The notes beneath the pieces were generated by a model that was not told the origin of the DNA, searched no databases, and was given only the letters and a program-made list of their open reading frames with translations. The position numbers were made by a program, and so were the translations under genes. A DNA stretch of 49,525 bases from a virus (lineage: Duplodnaviria; Caudoviricetes), in IMG/VR virus record IMGVR_UViG_3300035670_000319, positions 1 through 49,525 of that record; one strand, given 5' to 3'. Shown here piece after piece: positions 8,175 to 16,846 of the stretch. Numbering within the stretch: position 1 is the first letter of the stretch; each line of letters begins with the position of its first letter.

Positions 8175-8741
8175 ACCCGCGCTGCCGAAAGGCATCGGGC
8201 ATTCGAGACTGCACAAAGGTCCGTCCAGTGCAGCCAGCGTGGTCCCGGTCTGGCAACGGGGCGCCTTGAAGGATGGCGGTCGCGGCACCGGCCCAAAGGC
8301 CACGGGTTGCGGTCGAAGCGGCCAACGCCGCCATCCTTGAGGGCGCAGGCTTCTCCCTGCAACGCGATAACGGGTTCGGAGAGTATCCAGACCGCGCGCA
8401 CCAGTGGCCGAGGATTCCGGCCGCCCTCAGCCAATAGCGAGCCAGGCGCTCCGTCGCGGGACGGCATCCTGGACACGCCCAGCCGGCGGTGGCGTGCACG
8501 AGAAAAACACCGGCAGCCGCTGCTCCCTCTGCTAGCTGATGAAACTCCTTGGGGAGTGAGGCGGCACCTACTTGCGGTACGTGCGCGACGAGCGTACGCT
8601 GCAGTTCTCCCTAGCCCGGGCACATTGGTCCTCCCCAACCAGACCGCACGGCCCGGGCCACTGGAGACGGTAAGAGCAGGCGCTCCTCGCAGGGCGCAGG
8701 AATGCAGACAGGGCGGCATGAGCGACCGCCCCGACCGTCTC
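8175..8741 (+). ncRNA. Putative structured RNA modules, 3' part of array
   Basis: Second copy of the same closing stems (8258-8346, 8417-8429), a GAAA tetraloop hairpin, a pseudoknot (8474-8514) and a multibranch unit closed by GAGACGGT/ACCGTCTC. Confidence 0.6.
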
Positions 8742-8771
8742 AACCCGGCCACTTGCGCCGGGTTTTTTTTT
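8742..8771 (+). terminator. Rho-independent terminator
   Basis: AACCCGGC-cacttgc-GCCGGGTT followed by a T run (T9 in total). Confidence 0.85.
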
Positions 8772-8781
8772 GCGGTACGGT
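8753..8781 (+). promoter_or_regulatory. Possible promoter for the capsid gene, overlapping the terminator
   Basis: TTGCGC-17 nt-TACGGT. Confidence 0.4.
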
Positions 8782-8918
8782 TGGCTTGACGTATGGGCGT
8801 AGACCCCAACGCACACTGATCGGCCCGCTGTGGCGGATACCCCGAATCGGATGCTGCGAAGGACACCTCGAAGCCGCAATCGAGTCCCCTTCCAATCCTT
8901 TTCGCAGGAGAGATCCTC

Positions 8919-9749
8919 ATGGCCGATACTGCCTTCCAGACGATGTATCGTCAGGAAACCATCATGGGCTTCGAGAAGCGCCAGTCGCTCGCTCGTCGCT
9001 CCGTCACCACCAACGTCCAGCTCCAGGGCAACACCTGTGTGTTCCTGGTCGCCGACTCGGGCGGCGCCACCGCCGTGACCCGCGGCGTCAATGGCGACAT
9101 CCCGACCCGTCCGGACAACCTCAACCAGTACACCGCGCAGCTTGCCGAATGGCATGACGTGCCGGAGCGTACGAACTTCAACATCTTCTCCTCGCAGGGC
9201 GACGCCCGTCGCATCATGCAGGAGACGTCGATGGCGGTCATCAACCGCAAGATCGACAGCGACATCCACACCGAACTGTCGAACGCCACCGTGACCTGGG
9301 GCGCCGCGGCGGCGGCCACGCTGACCCTGATCTCGAAGGCCAAGACCAAGCTCGGCAACGCCTTCGCGGTGCACGAGGCCCCGGTGTTCGCCCTCATCAC
9401 GCCGGCCTTCCACGGCTACCTGATGGGCATCCAGCAGTTCACCTCGGCCGACTACATCAACATGAAGCCGTTCGAGGGCGTCGGCAAGGACCGCGCGTTC
9501 TCCTGGTACGGCGTGAACTGGATCGTCGACGCCGGCCTGCCGGGCGTGGGCACCGCCAGCGCCACCTGCTTCATGTACAGCCAGGCTGCGATCGGCCACG
9601 CCGTCAACACCGAGACGATGGCCACGTTCGTCGGCTATGACGAGAAGAACGACAAGTCGTGGGCTCGCCACTCGATCTACATGGGCGCCAAGCTCCTGCA
9701 GAACGCCGGTGTGGTCAAGATGCTGCACGACGACTCGGCCCTGTCGTAA
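8919..9749 (+). CDS. Major capsid protein
   Basis: Follows the scaffold, strong AGGAG SD, strongly biased codons, AVINRKIDSDI helix, 276 aa. Confidence 0.88.
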   Translation: MADTAFQTMYRQETIMGFEKRQSLARRSVTTNVQLQGNTCVFLVADSGGATAVTRGVNGDIPTRPDNLNQYTAQLAEWHDVPERTNFNIFSSQGDARRIMQETSMAVINRKIDSDIHTELSNATVTWGAAAAATLTLISKAKTKLGNAFAVHEAPVFALITPAFHGYLMGIQQFTSADYINMKPFEGVGKDRAFSWYGVNWIVDAGLPGVGTASATCFMYSQAAIGHAVNTETMATFVGYDEKNDKSWARHSIYMGAKLLQNAGVVKMLHDDSALS

Positions 9750-9776
9750 TCCACCCGGGAATCAGGAGAACATTCA

Positions 9777-10064
9777 ATGGCTTACAGCACTTCCAATCCC
9801 CCGGCCCTGATCTCGCAGCTGGTCGGCGGTGCGTTCCGCGAGTGGATCTACCGTTCGGCCGATCCGGCTGCCACGGTCGATACCGCGGGCTACATCACCA
9901 ACGGCGGCGCGCTCGGCATGCGGGTCAACGACCTGGTCAAGGTGGTCGACACCAACCTGGGCATCATCACGATGCACAAGGTGGCGACGGTTTCCAGCAC
10001 CTACCCGGGCGCCGTGAACCTGGCTGACGGCACCGTGGTCGGCAGCGCGACCAACACCGACTGA
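9777..10064 (+). CDS. Virion protein (possible capsid decoration protein)
   Basis: AGGAG SD. YRSAD..ATV..AGY...G...GM...D motif. Directly after the capsid gene. Confidence 0.65.
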   Translation: MAYSTSNPPALISQLVGGAFREWIYRSADPAATVDTAGYITNGGALGMRVNDLVKVVDTNLGIITMHKVATVSSTYPGAVNLADGTVVGSATNTD

Positions 10065-10140
10065 CGGCTGATCCGGTGGCAAGTCGGGGTGCCGCTCCCT
10101 ATACTCCGGGGGCGGCACCCTGTATCCATCGGAGAAGTCC

Positions 10141-10578
10141 ATGTCAATCCCCAAGTCCCCGCTGACGACCGCCTGCTACGGCCTGGCCGAGCACACGTTC
10201 CGTCGCCACAGTGTCATCCCGCCGGCCAACTACACCACGGCCGACCTCGAGAGCCCCATCACCTGGGCGCATCTCCGCACCAAGTTCAAGATGCACGACG
10301 AGATCCGCGCGATCGCCGAGGATGGCTCGTGGATCGCCAACCTGCTCGTCGTAGCCGCCGACAACGGCGTGGTGCGCGTCAAAGAACTGTTCCGCCTGCC
10401 GATCGACCTGGGCGCCGTCGCCAAGGCCGAGCAGCACCGCTACGTGGTGCAGCAGCGCGGGTCGCAGGGCTGGTGCGTGGTCGACACCGAGGAGAACCGC
10501 GTGATCCGTCAGGGCTGCAAGGCCAAGTCGGACGCCGAGAAGCAGCTCGAGGATCATCTGCTGGCGCTGTCGAGGTAA
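10141..10578 (+). CDS. Hypothetical protein
   Basis: GGAG SD, in operon. Confidence 0.75.
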   Translation: MSIPKSPLTTACYGLAEHTFRRHSVIPPANYTTADLESPITWAHLRTKFKMHDEIRAIAEDGSWIANLLVVAADNGVVRVKELFRLPIDLGAVAKAEQHRYVVQQRGSQGWCVVDTEENRVIRQGCKAKSDAEKQLEDHLLALSR

Positions 10579-10584
10579 CGACCC

Positions 10585-11760
10585 GTGGCGATCGACAAAC
10601 TCTCACTCTACAACGAGGCGCTCCGGATCATCGGTGAGCGCCGGCTGTCTGCCGTCGACGAGGCTCGCGAGCCGCGGTACGAGCTTGACTCGGTGTGGAA
10701 CCTGGGAGCGGTCGACGCCTGTCTCGAGATCATCAAGCCGCGTTTCGCCACGGTGGTCGACAAGATCACCGTGGCGAGCACGAGCACCGAGACGGAGTTC
10801 GCGTACTACTACTCGCTGCCCACCGACTACGTCGCGATGGTGCAGCCGTACAGTGACGCGCGTCTTGATGAGCCGATCACCCGCTTCCTGATCCAAGGTC
10901 GCCAGCTGGCGGCGGATCAGACGCCGCTGTACCTGCGCTACATCAGCCGCTCCGGTCCGATGACCGAGTGGTCGCCCAGTTTCGCCCGCTTCGTCGGTGC
11001 GTACCTGGCTATGCAGATCGGGCCGCGCATCAAGCCGGCCGACATCGAGCGCATCAACGCCACGTACGAGGCGGCCCTGTCGTTGAGCCGCGACCGGGAC
11101 GCGTGGGAGGAAGCCTCGCCGCGCGCCAAGCCGCGCGTCCGTACGCTCACGACGCCCTGGTTCCAGATCTACAACGACGCCATGCACTGCATGGGCCTGC
11201 CGCAGCTCATCAGCGTCAACGATGATGCCGAGCGCCGTGTGGCTATCGATGCTGTGCTCAACACCGGCGCGGTCGAGTACCTGCTCGAGAACACGCAATG
11301 GCACTGGGCGAACACGTCGATGCGGATCGACAACGACCCGGGCCTCGAGCCTGAGTGGGGCTATCGCTACGGCTTCAACAAGCCGACCGACATGGCTCGC
11401 ATCGCCGGTGTGTTCTCGGACGAGTACATGCGTACGCCCATCCGTGACTACACGGATGAGGGCGACAACATCTTTTGCGACCTGACCACCATCTACCTGC
11501 ATTACGTCTCGGAGGACATGCTGACCAATCCGCTGCTTTGGCCCATGTACTTCCGCAAGTTGGTGGCGGCGTACGTGGCGCGCGAGGCGGCCGGTCGGCC
11601 GGACGTCGGTGGAGATGCGGCGCGCGCCGCCGCGCTGTACGAGGAGCGCCTGGAAACGGCGCGCAACAATGACGCGATCGCCTCCCCGCCGCGGCAGATC
11701 AGCAACGGCAACTGGACCCGCGCTCGCACCAACTACAACGCGAACCGGCGGCGTCCGTAA
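10585..11760 (+). CDS. Tail adaptor (tail tubular A-like) with two tandem domain copies
   Basis: N.AL..IG / Y..P.D / F......LA motifs occur twice. Precedes the nozzle gene. Confidence 0.8.
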   Translation: MAIDKLSLYNEALRIIGERRLSAVDEAREPRYELDSVWNLGAVDACLEIIKPRFATVVDKITVASTSTETEFAYYYSLPTDYVAMVQPYSDARLDEPITRFLIQGRQLAADQTPLYLRYISRSGPMTEWSPSFARFVGAYLAMQIGPRIKPADIERINATYEAALSLSRDRDAWEEASPRAKPRVRTLTTPWFQIYNDAMHCMGLPQLISVNDDAERRVAIDAVLNTGAVEYLLENTQWHWANTSMRIDNDPGLEPEWGYRYGFNKPTDMARIAGVFSDEYMRTPIRDYTDEGDNIFCDLTTIYLHYVSEDMLTNPLLWPMYFRKLVAAYVAREAAGRPDVGGDAARAAALYEERLETARNNDAIASPPRQISNGNWTRARTNYNANRRRP

Positions 11761-14414
11761 TGGGTCAGCGCACCTACAACAATCGCTTCAACCGTGGCGA
11801 GATCGACCCGCTGGCGCTGGCGCGCTCGGACGTAGAGCGCGTTCGTGATTCCGGCGCGTTCATGGAGAACTGGCTGCCGATCCGTCTCGGTCCCATGTCA
11901 TTTCGGCCTGGTGTCGAGACGATCGTCGAGAGTGAGTCGATCGTTGACGGTCGTCTCATCCCGTTCGTTGCTGGCTTGAACGATCGCGCGTTGATCGAGT
12001 TCGATGTCGAGACGATTCGAGTGCTCGACGATGCGACCAGCTATGTCACGCGTCCGGCGTCGACGACGGTCATCACGAACGGTGCGTTCACCACTGACGT
12101 GAGCGGCTGGACGGATGTATCGGAAGTCGGTGGCACCGCCGTGTGGACTTCGGACTACGGCGGCGCCGCGTCGCTGTCCGGCAACGGTCGAGCGATCGGC
12201 GCGTTGCGTCAAGACGTGGCGACTGACAGCAACGACATGGGCGTGCAGATCAACATCGTCGAAGCGCCCGTCAAGTTGACCATTAGTGACGTTGCGACGA
12301 GCAGAGTCATTTTTGAAGACGTGCTGTTGCCTGGCACGCATTCGTTCCTGGTGTCGCCTGCTGCGAATACGCGTTTTGAGATTTCCAACTCGACGCTCTA
12401 TCGCGCAGTCGTGCGGTACATCACGATCGAAAGCGCCGGCATCATGGAACTGCCGATCGCCAACTTTAATGTCGCTACGACCTATCGTTACGCGCAATCG
12501 TTGGACGTGCTGTTCGTTGCCAACGGCTTATTGCCGCCGCAGCGTATCGAGCGTCGTGGTAATCAGAGCTGGTCGGTCGTTGACTTTCGTGCTGACGACG
12601 GTCCGTTCGAGACGATCAATTCCGACGGTGCGACCCTGACCGCCAGCGTGCTCCAGGGCAACGGAACGCTGACGTCGAGTCGTGCACTGTTTGACCGTGG
12701 TGGTCTGGTCGGCTATGTCGGCACGCTGTTCAAGTTGCAGTCGAGCGAACAGAACCGCACGCAATCTGCCAGCTCTGACAACGTGCAGACGCTGTCGATC
12801 AAGGTCACGGGTATCGGTGAGGCGCGGCGCTTCACTGTGACTACTAGCGGCGTGTTTACTGCAACGGTCACACTGCAACGGTCGGTCGATAACATCGCCT
12901 GGACGGACGTCAAGAGCTACACGACCGCGACGACCGACAACTACCTTGATGGTCTGGACAACCAGGAGCTGTTCTACCGGCTCAACGTGAAGACCGGCAA
13001 CTACACGTCCGGTACGGTCACGATGAGCCTGGCGTACAACAACGGCTCGATTACGGGTATCGTCCGCGTGACTGAGGTGGTGTCCTCGACGGTCGCCAAG
13101 ATCCAGGTGGTCGAGCCGCTCGGTAGCACGGACGCGACGGCTGATTGGTATCACGGTAGCTGGTCTGGCCGGTACGGGTTCCCGAACGCAGTGGCGATCT
13201 TTGAAGGTCGCCTGTGCTGGGCCGGACTCAACAAGGTCTGGATGTCGGTCAGCGATACGTTCGACAGTTACGACCGCGACATCGAAGGTGCCAGTGCATC
13301 CATCCAGCGTACCGTGGGATTCGGCACGGCTGACAACATCGAGTGGCTGTATCCCACCTCGCGCATGCTGATGGGTATGGCGTCGCATATCGTGGCGGTG
13401 CGATCGAGCAGTTTCAACGAGCCGATCACGTTCACGAATGCCAACCTGCGGCGCGCGAATACCCAGGGTAGCGCAGCACGCGATGTGGTCGAGGCCGACA
13501 ACCGCATGTACTTTGTGCAGCGTTCGCTGCGCAAGATTTTCGAGATCGACTACTCCGGCGAGCCCGACACGTACGAGGCACTTGACCTGATGGTGCTCGC
13601 GCCGGATCTGGTCGGCACCGCGACGATCAAGCGTATCGCTGTGACGCGTCAGCCCGAGTCGCGCGTGTGGGTGTTGCTCGACGACGGCACCTTGCTGGTC
13701 TACCTGCACGAGCCGACCGAGGATGTCCGCGGCTGGTCGCGCATGCGTTTGGCTACGGGGCACCTTGCCGCCGATCTGGTATCGATGCCGGGGGTGCTTG
13801 AAGACGACGTGTACCTTCGCGTCTTCAATGGCAGCCGCAGCTACATCACACACCTGGCGTCTCAGCGTGACGCGCTGGGCGGCAACCTGTCGAAGCACTT
13901 CGACATGCAATACACCTTCACCAGCCCGGGCGGCACGCTCACGGGGCTGGATGCGCTCGCTGGCGGTACGGCACGCGTGTGGGCAGACGGGAAGGATCGC
14001 GGCCAGGTCACAGTCAGTGGCATGGGTACGGTAACGCTGGATTCTGCGGCGTACACCAACGTGACGATCGGCAAGCCCTACACGGCCAAGTACCTGAGCA
14101 ACAAGCTGTCCGACTACGTCGACGGCATGGTGTTCAACCAGAACAAGCGCGTGACGCATCTCGGCGCGATCATGAAAAACGTCGTGCCGCAATTCTTCCA
14201 GTACGGGTCCGACGAGTCGCACTTGCAGCCGATGCCCAACCTCGAGGACGGGACCAGCTACGACAAGACCGTGCGTCGCGATTATGACGAGCTGCCCTTT
14301 GAGTTCGATGGCACGTACGACTCGGACTCGCGGTACTACCTGCAGACGACCGCGCCCTGTACGGTCCTGGCGGTCACGGTGGTGGTCGATGACCCCAACT
14401 ATCCGCCCGCTTGA
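11760..14414 (+). CDS. Tail nozzle (tail tubular B-like)
   Basis: FNRGEIDP N-terminus, RPG, YAQS.D and GFPNAV..FEGRL motifs. Confidence 0.9.
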   Translation: MGQRTYNNRFNRGEIDPLALARSDVERVRDSGAFMENWLPIRLGPMSFRPGVETIVESESIVDGRLIPFVAGLNDRALIEFDVETIRVLDDATSYVTRPASTTVITNGAFTTDVSGWTDVSEVGGTAVWTSDYGGAASLSGNGRAIGALRQDVATDSNDMGVQINIVEAPVKLTISDVATSRVIFEDVLLPGTHSFLVSPAANTRFEISNSTLYRAVVRYITIESAGIMELPIANFNVATTYRYAQSLDVLFVANGLLPPQRIERRGNQSWSVVDFRADDGPFETINSDGATLTASVLQGNGTLTSSRALFDRGGLVGYVGTLFKLQSSEQNRTQSASSDNVQTLSIKVTGIGEARRFTVTTSGVFTATVTLQRSVDNIAWTDVKSYTTATTDNYLDGLDNQELFYRLNVKTGNYTSGTVTMSLAYNNGSITGIVRVTEVVSSTVAKIQVVEPLGSTDATADWYHGSWSGRYGFPNAVAIFEGRLCWAGLNKVWMSVSDTFDSYDRDIEGASASIQRTVGFGTADNIEWLYPTSRMLMGMASHIVAVRSSSFNEPITFTNANLRRANTQGSAARDVVEADNRMYFVQRSLRKIFEIDYSGEPDTYEALDLMVLAPDLVGTATIKRIAVTRQPESRVWVLLDDGTLLVYLHEPTEDVRGWSRMRLATGHLAADLVSMPGVLEDDVYLRVFNGSRSYITHLASQRDALGGNLSKHFDMQYTFTSPGGTLTGLDALAGGTARVWADGKDRGQVTVSGMGTVTLDSAAYTNVTIGKPYTAKYLSNKLSDYVDGMVFNQNKRVTHLGAIMKNVVPQFFQYGSDESHLQPMPNLEDGTSYDKTVRRDYDELPFEFDGTYDSDSRYYLQTTAPCTVLAVTVVVDDPNYPPA

Positions 14415-14733
14415 GCGCCGTGATCTGGGCGACCTTGCCGGCACCGCTACGGCGCGCGGCTGGGCGGTAGACCTGGACGGCAAGACGATTTGCGTCTGTG
14501 GGGTCATGTACACCCAGACGTTGCAAGCCTTCAGCACGGTTGAGCCGGAGATGAAGCGGTATCCCAAGATGATCGTTCAACTGGGGCGGCGGGTGTCTGA
14601 GTTGTGCAAGAATATGGACGCTCCGGTGTTTGCCGTTCCCGACAGTCAGATCCACCCGGGGGCCTGTCGGTTCCTTGAGTTCCTCGGTTTCGTCCGTGTG
14701 GATGACGACCTGTATTGCTGGGAGGGTCGATAA
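14389..14733 (+). CDS. GNAT-like virion assembly protein (T7 gp13-like position)
   Basis: IRP...D N-terminus and A.RFLEFLGF C-terminus. Confidence 0.7.
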   Translation: MTPTIRPLERRDLGDLAGTATARGWAVDLDGKTICVCGVMYTQTLQAFSTVEPEMKRYPKMIVQLGRRVSELCKNMDAPVFAVPDSQIHPGACRFLEFLGFVRVDDDLYCWEGR

Positions 14734-15219
14734 ATGGGTCAGATGGCGGGTGCAATCGTCGGCAATATCGGCAGCAAGGTATCGGCCTATGGCCAGTACC
14801 GTGCGGGTCGTGACACGCGCGAGGCCAAGCGCCGTGAAGCCGAGCAGATCGAGCGCAACGTGCGCAACCAGTACGCGGCCGACATCCTGCAGGCGCGCGA
14901 GGTTCGTCGTGAAGGCGACCGACTCATCTCGGACGCTCGTGCCGCCATTGCCGCATCCGGCGGTGTGACCACCGACGCCGGCAGTATCGACATCCTCTCG
15001 AAACTGGATCGTGACATCGAGTACAACCGGATGGCCACGCTCTACGACGCTGAGTTCCGCAAGCGTGGTGGATTCGCTCAGGCTGCTGCCGTCCGCAAGG
15101 AAGGTCGCAACGCGTTCCGTGCCGGACTGTACGCCGCCAAGGCAACGCAGATGGCCGGCAGTGCGGACACCATGAACAGCTTTGGTGGCATGATGGGCGG
15201 TATGGGTGGAGGGGGCTGA
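14734..15219 (+). CDS. Internal virion/ejection protein (gp14-like)
   Basis: Ala/Gly-rich helical sequence with RAAIAASG, in the expected position. Confidence 0.75.
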   Translation: MGQMAGAIVGNIGSKVSAYGQYRAGRDTREAKRREAEQIERNVRNQYAADILQAREVRREGDRLISDARAAIAASGGVTTDAGSIDILSKLDRDIEYNRMATLYDAEFRKRGGFAQAAAVRKEGRNAFRAGLYAAKATQMAGSADTMNSFGGMMGGMGGGG

Positions 15220-15220
15220 C

Positions 15221-16846
15221 GTGCCGATCATTCCAACATCCGCGGACATTAAGCGTCGCATTCCGACCGGCCAGGCGCCGGTCGCTGTCGTCAGCAATCC
15301 GGGCGCCATCGGCCAGGCGCTCGCACAGGTCGGGCAGGGTATCTCGGCAGCTGGTCAGACGATTGAGAAGACGTTCGAGAAGCGCGACAACTTCGCTGCG
15401 GCGCGTGCCGAGGCGGACTACGTGTCGGCGCTCGACAAGCTCGACAAGGAAGCCGAACTCGACAACGACCATGAGACGTTGAGCGAGCGGTACACCAAGC
15501 GCGCCGAGGAACTGCGCAACGAGTTCGGCGCCAAGCTCAAGAGTCCGTTCGCCCGCCAGAAGTTCAACAACGACACGCAGACTCTACGCGATCGTGCTTC
15601 TACGCGATTCGGCTTCGTGGCCGAGAAGAAGTGGCGCCAGTCTGAGATCGACACGCTCAAGCTCAAGTCTGAGGAGCTGGGCGACGTTGCGGCCAACGGT
15701 GACATCGAGTCTGCCGCCGGCGCGTACAACAAGATGGTGGACGCGCTGTACGAGACGGGGGCGATCGACAACGAAGCGCAGGTCGAGATGCTCAAGGACC
15801 AGTTCGCGGACGATGCCATCACACGTCGCGCCAGCACGCTCAAGGGCTCGCAGCTGATGGAGTTCCTGGACAGCCCTCTGGCGCAGCGTCTGCCGGCCGA
15901 TAAGCGCGAGCAGCTGCGTGAGGCTGGGCGCACCAAGTACACGCAGGAGGAGTCTCTGCGTATAATCGATGAGTTCGAGATGCGGCGCGTGCCGATGGCA
16001 GAGCGCACCATGCGCATCAACGAGATCGCCAAGAAAGATCCGGTGCTTGCCGAGCAGATCCGTACCGACACGGCGCAACGTGCCGCACGTATCGAGGCGG
16101 CACGCAACCGCGCCAGTGCGCAGATGTACGACTCGCTGGTGCCGGCTTTCATGGACCCGGACCCCAACAAGCGCATGACGCTGCGTGACCTGACGCCCGA
16201 TCAGCGCCGCACGCTCGGCTCGGCCATGACGAGCCTGCAGAGCGTTGAGAAGTCCTGGCTCGAAAACAACACGCCGTTCGGCAAGTACACCGATCCGGCC
16301 CTGACTACGCGGCTGCTCGAGATGAACCGCAAGCGCGATTGGGTCGGCATTCGCACCACTCTTGGCGCTACGCCGAGCACCAAGATCACCGAGACGGACT
16401 TCGAGAAGTGGATGAAGGTGGGTATCGACGGCGGCGGCGCTGGCGCCGTCAAACCCTACTTCGACGCTCAGGAAATTTTTAAGCGTCAGATGAAGTCCGC
16501 CAAGATTAAAGAGGGTGATCCTCGCTACACGCTCTATGAGTCGCGCTTTGCGGAGTGGTATGACCGGCAGGTGGCGTTGGGTGGCAAGGTCGACGACAAG
16601 GCTGCGCTGGTCGAGATCAACCGCCTAATGGTCGAACGTGACATTACCCCTGGGTCTTCATGGAACCCTAAAAACTGGGGCGGTAATGTCACACAGGCTG
16701 AGATCGAGGGCGGTGCAACAGCCTGGGCGACCATCAGCAAGAACGATCCCGAGGCGGCGAGCGCATTGGATCGGTCCTATCCCAACTCGAGCGAGGTAGA
16801 CAAGGTCCGCATCTATCGCAACGCGATGGGGCTCGACCGTGAATGA
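15221..16846 (+). CDS. Internal virion/ejection protein (gp15-like)
   Basis: MPIIPT start and IGQAL..VG motif, helical, in the expected position. Confidence 0.75.
   Translation: MPIIPTSADIKRRIPTGQAPVAVVSNPGAIGQALAQVGQGISAAGQTIEKTFEKRDNFAAARAEADYVSALDKLDKEAELDNDHETLSERYTKRAEELRNEFGAKLKSPFARQKFNNDTQTLRDRASTRFGFVAEKKWRQSEIDTLKLKSEELGDVAANGDIESAAGAYNKMVDALYETGAIDNEAQVEMLKDQFADDAITRRASTLKGSQLMEFLDSPLAQRLPADKREQLREAGRTKYTQEESLRIIDEFEMRRVPMAERTMRINEIAKKDPVLAEQIRTDTAQRAARIEAARNRASAQMYDSLVPAFMDPDPNKRMTLRDLTPDQRRTLGSAMTSLQSVEKSWLENNTPFGKYTDPALTTRLLEMNRKRDWVGIRTTLGATPSTKITETDFEKWMKVGIDGGGAGAVKPYFDAQEIFKRQMKSAKIKEGDPRYTLYESRFAEWYDRQVALGGKVDDKAALVEINRLMVERDITPGSSWNPKNWGGNVTQAEIEGGATAWATISKNDPEAASALDRSYPNSSEVDKVRIYRNAMGLDRE

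Noticed and set aside
7556-8429. CRISPR array interpretation of the repeats
   Set aside because: Only two or three copies, irregular spacing, pairing as inverted stems, and no cas operon. The Cas4-like gene is the ordinary phage replication type.
8531-8615. Possible hammerhead ribozyme (CTGATGA followed by hairpin ACTCC-TTGG-GGAGT)
   Set aside because: The hairpin is followed by GAGG, not the required GAAA, and I found no stem III/NUH site. Kept only as part of the structured array.
7611-8696. HDV-like ribozyme hints (TCCTCGC at 7616 and 8684, CATGGTCCC at 7879)
   Set aside because: I could not build the P1/P2/P3 nested double pseudoknot around either site.
7802-8920. 372-aa - strand ORF and other ORFs across the RNA array
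   Set aside because: Arg/Ala/Gly-rich translations with no motifs, opposite to the operon direction. Expected by chance in GC-rich DNA.
10087-10120. GC-rich hairpin after the decoration-like gene as an intrinsic terminator
   Set aside because: The stem is strong but has no U-tract. It may be a stabilising or pausing hairpin, so it is not called.
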